Virus record (IMG/VR): IMGVR_UViG_3300041405_000166
Span: 1-64,000 of that record
Origin: a virus
Direction: 5' to 3' (one strand)
DNA: 64,000 nt
In this document: positions 36,129-45,900 of the stretch, one piece after another
Layout: each line of letters opens with the position of its first letter
Position numbering within the stretch: position 1 is the first letter of the stretch
Program-made: the position numbers and the translations under genes
Notes under the pieces: generated by a model
Seen by the model: the letters and a program-made list of their open reading frames with translations, nothing else
The model's database searches: none
Told to the model about the DNA's origin: nothing

Positions 36129-36904
36129 ACGGCAGCGGAATCAGTCTTGCGAAGGTCACTCGCGTGGTCCCTGGTGGCCATGCTGTCGACTTGCTGTTCA
36201 TGGACACTGGCGATCGCGTACCAGCCGTGCAGGTGATGACCGGATATGCCAGTGGTGATACAGGTCTGGTTGACCTGGTGCAGCCAGACCAAGGCGAGGA
36301 CCAGTGGGACCCGAGCCGTATTGGCGAGCGTGAGGTAATCGCCTGCGTCAGCTATTACAAAAACATCCCGGTGGTGATCGGCTTCCTGTTTCCTCAGGTC
36401 TGCCAAATGCTCTTCGATCGGCAGAACTTCAAGGTGGACCGGCACGCATCGGACGTTTACACGACGACCGATAATGACGGCAATCACGAGCTGTTCCATC
36501 CGTCCGGCACCTATCTGCGCATCGGCACGGCGCCAGCGCATGAGGACCTGACCGGGTTGGACTTCGACAAGAAGTGGGCGATCACTAAGAACACCGACAA
36601 GGCCGTGCATGTGCATTTGTCGGTGCGCAATGCAGGCGCTGAGGTGGCCAGTCTGGATATCGATCCGGCGGGCAATGTCACCCTTGGGCATTCCGGCAAC
36701 TACACGCAGAACGTCGGTGGTGATTACGCGCTGATCGTGGCTGGAAACTCGTCCAAGAACGTGACCGGCTCGGAAACGCTCACGGCCGATACAGTGCAGA
36801 TCAACAGCACCACGCTCAAGCACAACACCAAAAACATCGGCGATACGCACACCCATGGTAGCGGTGCAGTGATCACGGGTATCACGCCGGTTCCAAACGC
36901 TTAG
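36125..36904 (+). CDS. Baseplate central spike (gpV-like)
   Basis: N-terminal OB-like region, beta-helix repeats, C-terminal HTH iron-binding motif. Confidence 0.75.
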   Translation: MNGSGISLAKVTRVVPGGHAVDLLFMDTGDRVPAVQVMTGYASGDTGLVDLVQPDQGEDQWDPSRIGEREVIACVSYYKNIPVVIGFLFPQVCQMLFDRQNFKVDRHASDVYTTTDNDGNHELFHPSGTYLRIGTAPAHEDLTGLDFDKKWAITKNTDKAVHVHLSVRNAGAEVASLDIDPAGNVTLGHSGNYTQNVGGDYALIVAGNSSKNVTGSETLTADTVQINSTTLKHNTKNIGDTHTHGSGAVITGITPVPNA

Positions 36905-37581
36905 CGTATCTGCGCCTGCGGGATAAACCCCGGAACCACCTGGCCGCCCACCGGAGCCTCGACGGCATAAACCCTGTCGTTCGGCTCCCCCGTCACGGTG
37001 ATCATGTCGCCGGCGAATACCGGAGCACAGCCATTCTCCTGGATCAACATCTTGGCCCCCAGCGAATCACCGGCATCAAGGCGCGACTGATACAGCTCGG
37101 CGGCGATCGCCTGGCGGCACATGAACACCGTTTTCGTCAGCACCGTGGCCGCCTGAGCAGGCATCAGGTCAGGTGCTGGGGTCAACATCGGGGTCATGAA
37201 GTAGCCATCAATAACCTGGTCGTTGACGTTGCGCATCAGGCCGCGGGTGGTGTCGCCTTGGACGTCGGTCACCACCACCACAAACCCTTTGGGTGCCTTG
37301 CCGCAATTGCCAGCTCGAACCGTGGATAGATAGCCAGGGTAATCCTCGGCCATGATGCGCGCCTTGGCGGCCATGGTGATCTGCGCATCAGGGCAGTAGA
37401 AGGTATCGCGGGCAACACGATACGCCTCGACATCATCTGCGGCCTGGGCCGGGGTGATCATGCTCACCAGGGCGAAGGCGAACAGCAACGCGCCAGCGAT
37501 GGCGAAGGGCGTTGTGAGAATCGTCCAGGCCCGCTGACGGCGAGCTTCGAGGACAGTGTTGCGAGTGGCCTGGGATTTCAT
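36901..37581 (-). CDS. Membrane-anchored/exported protein with two Cys-pair repeats
   Basis: N-terminal hydrophobic segment ending AQA; tandem C...GxC domains. Confidence 0.65.
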   Translation of the reverse strand: MKSQATRNTVLEARRQRAWTILTTPFAIAGALLFAFALVSMITPAQAADDVEAYRVARDTFYCPDAQITMAAKARIMAEDYPGYLSTVRAGNCGKAPKGFVVVVTDVQGDTTRGLMRNVNDQVIDGYFMTPMLTPAPDLMPAQAATVLTKTVFMCRQAIAAELYQSRLDAGDSLGAKMLIQENGCAPVFAGDMITVTGEPNDRVYAVEAPVGGQVVPGFIPQAQIR

Positions 37582-37641
37582 GATGCGTTACCTCTTCAGG
37601 TGTGTGGTCTTCGTGGTGGACGGGTTAGATTTTCAAGCAGC

Positions 37642-38487
37642 CTATGCTGGTACTGCCGAGTCTGCAGATTCCTCGTCATCAGTCGTGCCAGACAGAAACC
37701 CCATGATGATCGGGGCGACCGTGGTGGCCTTGGTCACCAGGAACAAATGCCCGTCGTCGATGACGTGCAAGGTGGCGTCAGGGATCAGTGCGGCGATCAG
37801 GCGCATATTGACCAGTGGGATGATCGGATCATCATTGCCAGCCAGCACCAGTGTTGGCTGCTTGATCCGGCGCAGCCAATGCAGACTGGTCCAGAACCAA
37901 ACGGCCATTCCTTGGTAGGCATAACCGCGGCCACCAGTGGATTGCATCTTGGCGGCGTGGCTAGCGGCCAGCGCCTTGTCGTGGCGGAAAACTCCACCGT
38001 AGATTTCCGGTGCGATTTTGGCGCCGTACTCGGGGTCGGTATAACGTCGCGGGCTGGACATCAGCGCCAAGACTTTCGGGGACGGCATGACGCTCAGGAT
38101 TCCAGTCGAAGTCGCCGCGAGAATCAGTTTTGTGCAGCGCTGCGGGTAATCATTGGCGAATTGCTGAGCCAGGAAACCGCCCCACGAAACACCAATGACA
38201 TTGACTTGGTCGTATGCCAGGCAATCCAGCATCTTGGCCACGGTCTTGGCCAGGCCGCTGAACGTGTAAGGCAGGCGTGGCGTGGATGAGCCACCTACGC
38301 CTGGCACGTCGAAGGCAATCACTTCCTGATCATGATCCAGGGCCTGCACGAACGGGATCACCAGCTCAAGGCTGGCACCGATGCCGTTGAGCACCAGCAG
38401 CGGGGTGAGGTTTGGATTGCCTGGGCGCACCGCTGTTCTGATGGACTGGCCATCGACCATGACAGTGCGGAAAACAAATTCTTTCAT
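37642..38487 (-). CDS. phaZ: Poly(3-hydroxyalkanoate) depolymerase (intracellular mcl-PHA type)
   Basis: IRTAVRPG..LTPLL..NGIGA.LEL, AFDVPGVGGSSTP, lipase box GVSWGG, DDPIIPLVNM, DDGHLFL; closely resembles Pseudomonas PhaZ. Confidence 0.92.
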   Translation of the reverse strand: MKEFVFRTVMVDGQSIRTAVRPGNPNLTPLLVLNGIGASLELVIPFVQALDHDQEVIAFDVPGVGGSSTPRLPYTFSGLAKTVAKMLDCLAYDQVNVIGVSWGGFLAQQFANDYPQRCTKLILAATSTGILSVMPSPKVLALMSSPRRYTDPEYGAKIAPEIYGGVFRHDKALAASHAAKMQSTGGRGYAYQGMAVWFWTSLHWLRRIKQPTLVLAGNDDPIIPLVNMRLIAALIPDATLHVIDDGHLFLVTKATTVAPIIMGFLSGTTDDEESADSAVPA

Positions 38488-38536
38488 CTCTGTTGCTCCA
38501 TGCTGCTCGGCGTGCCGGGCGTTTCGGGTTTTTGTG

Positions 38537-38779
38537 CTGGCGAAGCCCGCACTGGGCGGGCTTGCTGTTATTGATCGCTGCGGCGGCGACCTTTGTTTTG
38601 GCGTTTCAGTTGAGCGCCATCAAGGTCATCGGCGCTGGAATACCAGACCAATAGTCCAGTCCCGACAATAGCGAGGATGATGACGAGCGCCAAAATAAGC
38701 AGCGGGATTATTTGGTCAAGCATGGCGACTCCTTGGGTTGGGCTTCCTTGGTACTGGCGAAGCCCCGATTAAGGGGCTT
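38537..38779 (-). repeat. Two copies of hairpin element AAGCCC-N-GGGCTTCGCCAG (38537-38563, 38754-38779)
   Basis: Each copy lies just after a stop codon in the moron operon. Confidence 0.65.
38568..38723 (-). CDS. Small single-pass membrane protein, 51 aa (not in ORF track)
   Basis: MLDQIIPLLILALVIILAIVGTGLLVWY...KGRRRSDQ; AAGGAG RBS. Confidence 0.7.
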   Translation of the reverse strand: MLDQIIPLLILALVIILAIVGTGLLVWYSSADDLDGAQLKRQNKGRRRSDQ

Positions 38780-38796
38780 AAGGTGGTCGGGGTTGG

Positions 38797-39051
38797 TTAT
38801 GCCGGGAAAAAGGCGGTGCCGCGTGTGATCGTGTAATGAACCTCGAAGGTGCCGTCTGAGTGCAGCGCTACAAGGCGATGCGGCGCACCGTTCTTATAAA
38901 GGTTCGCTTGCTCTTCCAAAGCGGCCAAGCCTTGCACACGGTTACGCGGTTTGATGTCGTCTTTTTGCAGCCATTCGGCGTGCTTGCTGGCCTCTTCAAT
39001 GTTGGACCAGTTGCCGCCAAAAACTTGTTGAATCTGGATGCGGTATTTCAT
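38797..39051 (-). CDS. Hypothetical protein
   Basis: 84 aa, GGAG RBS. Confidence 0.7.
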   Translation of the reverse strand: MKYRIQIQQVFGGNWSNIEEASKHAEWLQKDDIKPRNRVQGLAALEEQANLYKNGAPHRLVALHSDGTFEVHYTITRGTAFFPA

Positions 39052-39065
39052 CGCGTCTTGCTCCG

Positions 39066-39293
39066 TTACTTTGTGCGTTTGTTGAACAGTGCGGTCGCCG
39101 CTTCGAGCGTCATTTGCTGCTCGACGTAGCGCCAGGTTTTCACGTCACGGCCTGCGACGTAGTTGACGCAGAGCTTCCACACGCCATAACCAGCATCCTC
39201 GCCCCAATGGTTGGTCGACTTCATCAGTGCGAAAGTCGATTTGCCAGACTTGTTGGCCTTGACGGAGATCTTGGTGTGGGCGGCTTTGGTCAT
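39066..39293 (-). CDS. Hypothetical protein
   Basis: 75 aa from ATG 39293, GGAG RBS; first gene after the promoter. Confidence 0.7.
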   Translation of the reverse strand: MTKAAHTKISVKANKSGKSTFALMKSTNHWGEDAGYGVWKLCVNYVAGRDVKTWRYVEQQMTLEAATALFNKRTK

Positions 39294-39331
39294 GGCGGTG
39301 GCTCCGTGTTGTTCGTCTTGGCTACAACTTA

Positions 39332-39360
39332 AATATATCCATAGCTGCACATCTTTGCAA
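39332..39360 (-). promoter_or_regulatory. Sigma70-like promoter of the phaZ moron
   Basis: TTGCAA-17 nt-TATATT. Confidence 0.7.
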
Positions 39361-39389
39361 CTACAGATACAAAGTAATTTCACCGCTTG

Positions 39390-39404
39390 TCGTGACAGCA
39401 CCAT
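39390..39404 (+). promoter_or_regulatory. Putative late promoter, leaderless
   Basis: TCGTGAC-ag-CACCAT, 6 nt before ATG 39411. Confidence 0.65.
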
Positions 39405-39410
39405 CCTGTC

Positions 39411-40574
39411 ATGAGCACACCATCGTCCCAGAAATCAGACGTCCGCCCGATCAGCTTCCTGCTCCAGGACCTGAGCAACGGCAACGACCTGACCAGCGTC
39501 CCACTGAACATCCGCCCAGCTGATCTGACGCGGGTCGAGCCGTCGCGCGCCTCGGTGCAGCAGACCCTCGGCGGGGCCTGGCTGGATAACTGGGGGCCCG
39601 GCATTCGCCAGGTGAACATCAACGGGCATACCGGCTGGCGTGGCAGCAACTATGAGGACGGCATGGAGCTGTTCCGGACGCTGAACAACACCGTATTCAA
39701 GAGCTGGCACGAGAAACGGCGCCTGGCGATCAGTGCCGGCCGGGATCCTGAGTTGATTCAGCTGATCTTCGCCGACCTGCTCGATGACTTCGTGTACGTG
39801 GTTGCCCCGATGAACTTCACGCTGCGCCGGAGCAAGCAGAGCCCGCTGCTGATGCAATACCAGATCAGCATGCTGGTGCTGTCTGAGGACTTGGTCGACC
39901 TGAAGAACAAGCTACGTCCGCCAGCGATCTTGCCGGGTGACATCGCGGTACCTGAGGCGCTGAAAACCCTGAGGGAGATCCTTGGACGAATCCGCAACTT
40001 TGCCACCAGCGTGGGTAACTTCATCAACGGCACCATTGGTGCAGCCGTCCGATCGTTCATGAACCTGACGGCCGATGTCCTGGCGGTGACGGTCGAGACG
40101 ATCAGTTCGCTCAAAGGTTCGTTTGATGAGGTTGCCGGTCCGCTGCTGTCGGTAGCCACCGACCTGGCCCAGGCCGGGCGCAACATCATGTGCACCGTCG
40201 CCACCGTGCAATCGCTGGGGACCTTCGTCAAATCCAGGATCATGGAAATCAGCGGGGCCTTCACCTACGCCTTGTGCCTGCTGAAAAACGCTTTTGGTGG
40301 CGGCAAGAAATACCCGGACTATTCCGACTGGTACGGCGCGAGCAACTGTTCGTCCATCTCAGGTGGTCGTCCGCTGTCGCCGCTGCGCTTCGAAAACCCG
40401 TTCTACAAACTGACGCCGAGTCCGAGCACGCCGATCACCCAGACACCAGAAGCGCGCAATTCCATGAAGCTGCTGGTAGGCATGGATGTGTTATCGACCA
40501 CGCCGACCATGGACATGGAGTCGAATATCCGCTCGGTGAATGACGGCACGGCTGTCGTTGAGGCTATCGCATGA
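39411..40574 (+). CDS. Baseplate/tail-associated structural protein
   Basis: QQTLGGAWLDNWG..INGHTG; first gene of the second baseplate operon. Confidence 0.6.
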   Translation: MSTPSSQKSDVRPISFLLQDLSNGNDLTSVPLNIRPADLTRVEPSRASVQQTLGGAWLDNWGPGIRQVNINGHTGWRGSNYEDGMELFRTLNNTVFKSWHEKRRLAISAGRDPELIQLIFADLLDDFVYVVAPMNFTLRRSKQSPLLMQYQISMLVLSEDLVDLKNKLRPPAILPGDIAVPEALKTLREILGRIRNFATSVGNFINGTIGAAVRSFMNLTADVLAVTVETISSLKGSFDEVAGPLLSVATDLAQAGRNIMCTVATVQSLGTFVKSRIMEISGAFTYALCLLKNAFGGGKKYPDYSDWYGASNCSSISGGRPLSPLRFENPFYKLTPSPSTPITQTPEARNSMKLLVGMDVLSTTPTMDMESNIRSVNDGTAVVEAIA

Positions 40575-41194
40575 GTGAGTTTGACCGCCCCCTGATCGGT
40601 TACCGCCTGGTTGACACCTTGTACGGCGACACCTTGCAGAAGGTGGCTGCGCGTGAGCTGGGCAACGCGGACCGTTGGCCTGACCTGGCCAACATTAATA
40701 ACCTGATGCCGCCGTACATCACTGATGACGCCTCGATCGCGTCTGATCGGGTGCTGCTGTCTGGCAGCACGCTGATCGTCCCCGCGCAAAGCAAGCTGTC
40801 GGAGGCGTCCGACTCGACGGATCCGGACAAGATCTATCAGATGGACATGGGCCTAATCGATGGCGATATGTCCGCTGATGAAAATGGCGACTTTCTGGTG
40901 TTCAACGGTCGCGACAACCTCAAGCAGGCTTTGGAGCACCGTGTCGATGTCGAGCGCGGGGAGCTGATGTGGCATCCGGAATACGGCTCGCTGCACCGGG
41001 CGTTGATCGGCACGGTGAATGGGCCGACGGCGAGCACGCTGGCGGCCAAGTATGTAGACGCGACGCTGAAGGCCGATCCTCGCGTCCAATCGGTCAATAG
41101 CGTGGTCGCCACCGTCGTCGGCGATCAAATCAATGTGGTGGCGGACGTAATGCCCATCGTTGGCCGATCCATGAAAATCGAGGTAGGTATCTAA
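40571..41194 (+). CDS. Baseplate protein: LysM-like N-terminus + gp25/W-like wedge domain
   Basis: GDTLQKVAARELG..W..LA..N; HPEYGS; ADPRV. Confidence 0.7.
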   Translation: MSEFDRPLIGYRLVDTLYGDTLQKVAARELGNADRWPDLANINNLMPPYITDDASIASDRVLLSGSTLIVPAQSKLSEASDSTDPDKIYQMDMGLIDGDMSADENGDFLVFNGRDNLKQALEHRVDVERGELMWHPEYGSLHRALIGTVNGPTASTLAAKYVDATLKADPRVQSVNSVVATVVGDQINVVADVMPIVGRSMKIEVGI

Positions 41195-42321
41195 TGTTTC
41201 AAATCAAGGACTTCGTCTCGATTACGGCATCGATGATCAACCTCATGCGTGCCAGCACGAAGAAGATCACCGACTTCAACGTCGGCTCGGTAGCGCGGAC
41301 GCTGATCGAAGCGCCGGCATCCGAGCTTGATCAGCTGTACCAGGAAATGTTCCACGGCCTGAAGGAAGCGATTCCGGTCGCCACCTACAACACGTTTGAA
41401 TTTCCACTGCTCCCGGCGTCGGCCGCGACTGGTGTGCTGACGTTCTACGCCACGGGTGGTCATTCTGAAGACATCCTGATCGCCACTGGGACACTGGTGA
41501 AGAACCCGACCACGAACAAGGTCTACCGGACCATCCGTGACGTCTTCCTTGAGGTTGGCGATCCTCAGGTGTCCGTGGCGGGCGTGGCCGATACGGTTGG
41601 CGCTGATACCAACTGCGACGCCAACACCATTCTGGTGTTGATCGGTTCCATCACGGGTATCGCCGGGGTTTCCAACCTGACCGCTTTTTCCGGTGGGCGC
41701 GACATCGAAACGGATGACGAGCGCAAACTGCGATTCCAGGGCTTCATCAGTACGCTGCAGCGCGGCACCTTGGCGGCGATTCGCTACGGGGCCAGCACTG
41801 CGGTGGTGACCGACGTCAACGGAATCATCATTGAGCGAGTGGTGTTTATCGGGATCGTCGAGCCCTACGAAGTCGATCCGATCGCCAATGACCCGGGGTA
41901 CGTCGAGGTCTACGTGCACAACGGCGTGGGCGGTACCTCGCCGACGCTGGTGGACAACGTCCAGCTGATCATCGACGGCTATTACGATGAGGATGGTGTT
42001 CCAGTTCCTGGCTGGAAAGCCGCCGGAGTGGTGGTGGACTGTTTCGCTGCGACCGAAGTGCTCCAGGCCGTGACCGGATCTGTATATTTTTTACCTGGGT
42101 ATCAGAGCGCTACCGTGTTGGCTGAATGCACGACGGTGGTCCGTGCGTATCTTCTCTCGCTGAAGGTCGGCGAGAAGTCGGTGAAGAACGAAATCGTCGA
42201 ACGGATCATGGCCGTGCCTGGCGTGTACAACCTGGTGCTGGCCGCACCGACGGCGGACCTGGCGCCGATCGCCTCCGAGAAAATCATGCCGGGCGTCGTC
42301 ACGCTGACAGCTGGGGTGTAA
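41194..42321 (+). CDS. Baseplate J-like protein
   Basis: DFNVGSVARTL, GGRDIETDDE...RGT, VPGV. Confidence 0.85.
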   Translation: MFQIKDFVSITASMINLMRASTKKITDFNVGSVARTLIEAPASELDQLYQEMFHGLKEAIPVATYNTFEFPLLPASAATGVLTFYATGGHSEDILIATGTLVKNPTTNKVYRTIRDVFLEVGDPQVSVAGVADTVGADTNCDANTILVLIGSITGIAGVSNLTAFSGGRDIETDDERKLRFQGFISTLQRGTLAAIRYGASTAVVTDVNGIIIERVVFIGIVEPYEVDPIANDPGYVEVYVHNGVGGTSPTLVDNVQLIIDGYYDEDGVPVPGWKAAGVVVDCFAATEVLQAVTGSVYFLPGYQSATVLAECTTVVRAYLLSLKVGEKSVKNEIVERIMAVPGVYNLVLAAPTADLAPIASEKIMPGVVTLTAGV

Positions 42322-42325
42322 CCGT

Positions 42326-43441
42326 ATGAAGCTCACGCAAAAGCTCCTTGGCTACCTCAATCGGGCCTTCAGTCGCGATCCTGTCCAATTCATGGCGCTG
42401 CGTATCAGCTATGACGGCGCCATGGTCTGGACGATCGAGGACGCGGTGCTGACTACCACCGTCACTGGCGGCACGGGCACGAGCCATGTGGTGCAGCTCA
42501 GCGACTACAACCTGGCGCAGCTGGCAAACTACTTCGCTGCACTGCCAGGGTACTCGGTGCCATTCCAGATCTCCGGAACGGCATCAACGCTGAGCGCTCG
42601 CGTACTGATGGATGGCACTGGCGACCAGGTGTTATCGAACGGCGATCACCTGTACGCCTATACCTCGCTGACCTGGGCTTTCCTTGAGGCGAGCGCCTAC
42701 GAGCTCAAGCACGCTCGCGAACAGATTTACCAGATGCTGCGGCAAATGGTGGTGCCAACAGCAGAAGACGAGTGGCTGGATGAGATCGGTGGCTATTACA
42801 ACGTCAGGCGCCAGGATGGCGAGATCGATTCGACCTATGGTCCTCGAATCATTTATGAGGTGATTCGCCCGCGGAACAACAACAAGGCGATTGAACTGGC
42901 AATCAGTCAGGCCACTGGCGGCCTACCATCGAAGGTCACGGACGTGACAATCCCGGGTGATATCTCTCCGCTTTACAATGGGGATATCGACCATGATGGG
43001 TCTAGGCTGTATAACGCGACAGGTAAATATCGGCGAAACCTCTTCGATGTCGAGTATGCGTTTGACCTCGAAGGCGCTGAAGATATTGCCCCATTCCAAG
43101 CGCGTGTGCTTGGCATCATTGACCAATTCCGCTCGGCCGGCACGCACCTTCGGCAGATTTTGCTTCAGTCTGGTCAGCTGGTTGATACCGCCACTTACAA
43201 CTTCACAGACAGTCTGGATTTCGTCGGCACCGTGACGATGGAAGATTCGGTGGATGCCCAGACCGATGACATGGAACTCTCCGGAATTCTTGGTTTGACT
43301 GATACGGCTGTCATGCCTGCCGACGGTGATCTGGTCATTGAGTCGCTGAGCGTTCACACCTACAACGGCGTCCATTTCTATGGCGGTTCTGGCCGTGTGG
43401 TGAATTACGACAGCGGCGAAACCGTGATCGAGACGCTGTAG
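42326..43441 (+). CDS. Baseplate wedge / tail protein I-like
   Basis: TAEDEWLDEIG.YY.V.R..GE.D..Y..RI; follows baseplate J. Confidence 0.65.
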   Translation: MKLTQKLLGYLNRAFSRDPVQFMALRISYDGAMVWTIEDAVLTTTVTGGTGTSHVVQLSDYNLAQLANYFAALPGYSVPFQISGTASTLSARVLMDGTGDQVLSNGDHLYAYTSLTWAFLEASAYELKHAREQIYQMLRQMVVPTAEDEWLDEIGGYYNVRRQDGEIDSTYGPRIIYEVIRPRNNNKAIELAISQATGGLPSKVTDVTIPGDISPLYNGDIDHDGSRLYNATGKYRRNLFDVEYAFDLEGAEDIAPFQARVLGIIDQFRSAGTHLRQILLQSGQLVDTATYNFTDSLDFVGTVTMEDSVDAQTDDMELSGILGLTDTAVMPADGDLVIESLSVHTYNGVHFYGGSGRVVNYDSGETVIETL

Positions 43442-43445
43442 TCGG

Positions 43446-43478
43446 TCGTGACATTACCCTCCTCTCATTAAAGGAGGG
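43446..43478 (+). promoter_or_regulatory. Putative late promoter with SD-sequestering hairpin
   Basis: TCGTGAC-at-TACCCT; CCCTCCT (43457-43463) pairs with AGGAGGG (43472-43478). Confidence 0.65.
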
Positions 43479-43487
43479 CATCCCCCC

Positions 43488-43952
43488 ATGATCCAACTCA
43501 TTGACGACGTGAATTACGGTGACCCCGAGTATCGGCCTACCGGTATTTTTACGCTGAATATTTACCGTAAAGGCGTGTTGGTCGAAGTCTATGAAGACGC
43601 CAATCTGGTGGTTGATCTATCGAAGCAACAGCTCGCTCGATTGATCGGTGGCGACGTCACCAACCGATCGTTGACCAAGATTGGTTTCGGTACGTCCGGC
43701 ACTGCGCCGGCCGCTGGGAACACGTCATTGACTGGTGCCTATGTGAATGCCCTTGGCGCTGTTACCTATCCCGCCACGAACTCCGTTCAATACGCCTTCA
43801 CCCTCGGCACCTCTGAGGCCAACGGCCTGTCGATCATGGAATTCGGTCTGTTCACTGCCGGCGATGTTCTCTTCGCTCGAAAAACGCGCGCCGGCGTCAT
43901 TGTGAAAGACTCCGACCTTTCGCTCGCTGGCACCTGGCGCATCAACTTTTAA
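43488..43952 (+). CDS. Tail fibre-associated structural protein
   Basis: IGFGTSG, EANG..I.EFGLF...LFARK. Confidence 0.65.
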   Translation: MIQLIDDVNYGDPEYRPTGIFTLNIYRKGVLVEVYEDANLVVDLSKQQLARLIGGDVTNRSLTKIGFGTSGTAPAAGNTSLTGAYVNALGAVTYPATNSVQYAFTLGTSEANGLSIMEFGLFTAGDVLFARKTRAGVIVKDSDLSLAGTWRINF

Positions 43953-43963
43953 GGGGCTGGTAA

Positions 43964-44917
43964 ATGTCTAACGTTCCAGAATCCGCCGTTTATGATGCCG
44001 GTATTTACCAGATCGAAATCGTCGATGCTGTAATCGGCGGCGTCAACGGTATTTCCAACCTGCAGGCCAAAGGGTTGGCAAACCGGACCACTTGGCTTAA
44101 GCAGCAGGTCGATGCGCTCAATTTGCTGAAAGGTACTGGTGTCGCCATCTTCAGTGCGGCGAACAGCTACACGGGTGGTCAGCAGGTGATCTACCAGAAG
44201 AACATCTGGCAGGCCAACACCGCGATTAGCCCTGGCGCCTTCAACCCAGCTAACTGGACTCGACAGCTCGGCGTGGCCGCTGAAAGTGCGCTGGCCGACG
44301 CTGTTCCTCAGCAGGACGGAGTGGCCGCCGTCGGCACCTCGACTGATGTGGCTCGCGAAGATCACGTTCATCCAGTCGACACGAGTCGGGTCGCTGTAAG
44401 TGACCTTGCTTCTCAAGCAGAAGGTGAGGCGGGCACAAACAACACAAAATGGATGAGCTCGCTTAGGGTGGCTCAATTTGTCGCCGCAAAAATAGTACAG
44501 GCTACCGAGAGTCTCTTTGGTTGGGCGAAGGTGGCAACTCAAACACAGACTAATGCGGGCACTGACGATACAACAATCGTAACCCCTAAGAAGTTGAGAG
44601 CAGGGTTTTCAATTTCTCTGTCGGTAAACGGATGGATTGCGTTTCCAACATGGATGAGTGGCCTGATTATTCAGTGGGGGAAAACAGGTCCAGGCGTTGT
44701 CCCAGCCGGCGGTCAGAGCGTAAATCCTTCGTGGCCAATGGCGTTCCCTACCGCGGTCATTTATGCAGGCGCATCCTGCGATGCGACTGGTTCTACTGCC
44801 AACGTTTTGGGGACAACCGTTTATAACGTTGGACTGACAACCGTCGGGGTGACCGTGACGAACACCGGTGCTGGTCAGAACACCAACGGAACCTACTACT
44901 TGGGTATCGGTTACTAA
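43964..44917 (+). CDS. Tail fibre protein
   Basis: SNLQAK.LANRT.WLK anchor; CBM5/12-like YTGGQQVIYQ..WQA; VATQ..T repeats; GLIIQWG..PMAFP C-terminal domain. Confidence 0.8.
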   Translation: MSNVPESAVYDAGIYQIEIVDAVIGGVNGISNLQAKGLANRTTWLKQQVDALNLLKGTGVAIFSAANSYTGGQQVIYQKNIWQANTAISPGAFNPANWTRQLGVAAESALADAVPQQDGVAAVGTSTDVAREDHVHPVDTSRVAVSDLASQAEGEAGTNNTKWMSSLRVAQFVAAKIVQATESLFGWAKVATQTQTNAGTDDTTIVTPKKLRAGFSISLSVNGWIAFPTWMSGLIIQWGKTGPGVVPAGGQSVNPSWPMAFPTAVIYAGASCDATGSTANVLGTTVYNVGLTTVGVTVTNTGAGQNTNGTYYLGIGY

Positions 44918-44928
44918 GGAGAAAATCC

Positions 44929-45456
44929 ATGTTCGCGTCCAGGTCTACTCGTGGTTTCTACTATCCGGGGGTCAATGTTTCCATGCCGGCCGATGTGGTA
45001 ACTCTCCCAGAAGGCCTGTATGCCGAAATAATGGCCGGTCAATCTGAAGGCAAGATTATCGAATGGGCCGAGAATGGGTTTCCATTTTTGAGTGACGCCC
45101 CGCCGCCGACGACCGACCAGATGTGGAATAAAATAAAGTTCGAGCGTGACCGTCGTAAAGATCTCGGTGTGCTGGCTGCCGGGCATTGGTTTCACTCCGA
45201 TTCGGCGAGCCGGATCCAGCAATTGGCTCTCGTAATCATGGGTGCCAACATGCCCGCCGGCATCCAGTGGAAAACCATGGGTGATGAATATGTCCTGATG
45301 ACACCGACGCTGGCCGGGCAGATCTTTAATGCGACGGCAACGCTCGATCAGGTCCTGTTCAGTAATGCCACCGCCCACCGTACCGCCATGCTGGCCGCTG
45401 CCGTTCCCAGCGAATACGACTTCTCTACCGGCTGGCCTGATTTCTACCAGGAGTAA
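44929..45456 (+). CDS. Tail fibre assembly protein (DUF4376-like)
   Basis: GFY, IKFERDRR, WFHSD..SRIQ, WKTM, DFSTGWP. Confidence 0.75.
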   Translation: MFASRSTRGFYYPGVNVSMPADVVTLPEGLYAEIMAGQSEGKIIEWAENGFPFLSDAPPPTTDQMWNKIKFERDRRKDLGVLAAGHWFHSDSASRIQQLALVIMGANMPAGIQWKTMGDEYVLMTPTLAGQIFNATATLDQVLFSNATAHRTAMLAAAVPSEYDFSTGWPDFYQE

Positions 45457-45462
45457 CCTGTC

Positions 45463-45900
45463 ATGCAGCTCGCTTTCTATCGAGGTAAGACCAGGCTGTT
45501 CAACATCCTCACCGCCTGGTGGACCCGTGGGCCTTTCTCACACTGCGAGCTGATCGTTGGGTATGACGACAAAGGCTTTGCCGAGTGCTGGTCGGCGTCG
45601 TTTATGGATGGCGGCGTGCGCCGTAAAATGATCGAGCTGGATCCAGCGCACTGGGTCATCGTGCCGACCACGTTATCACCGGAAGATGAGGCCGCTGCGG
45701 TGGCCTGGTTCGCCGAGCACAACGGTAAAAAATACGACACGCTGGGTCTGGTGGGATTCTTGTGGCGCCCGTTCTCCGGCAGTGGATCGAAGTGGTTTTG
45801 CTCTGAGGCTCTGGCCGCGGCCCTGGGCTTCCAGGACTCGTGGCGGTTCTGCCCGAACACCCTGCACGCCTCGGTAACGCGCAAGGCGACTTTCGAATGA
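45463..45900 (+). CDS. Permuted papain-like (NlpC/P60-related) protein
   Basis: FSHCEL, GKKYD, KWFCSE. Confidence 0.6.
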   Translation: MQLAFYRGKTRLFNILTAWWTRGPFSHCELIVGYDDKGFAECWSASFMDGGVRRKMIELDPAHWVIVPTTLSPEDEAAAVAWFAEHNGKKYDTLGLVGFLWRPFSGSGSKWFCSEALAAALGFQDSWRFCPNTLHASVTRKATFE

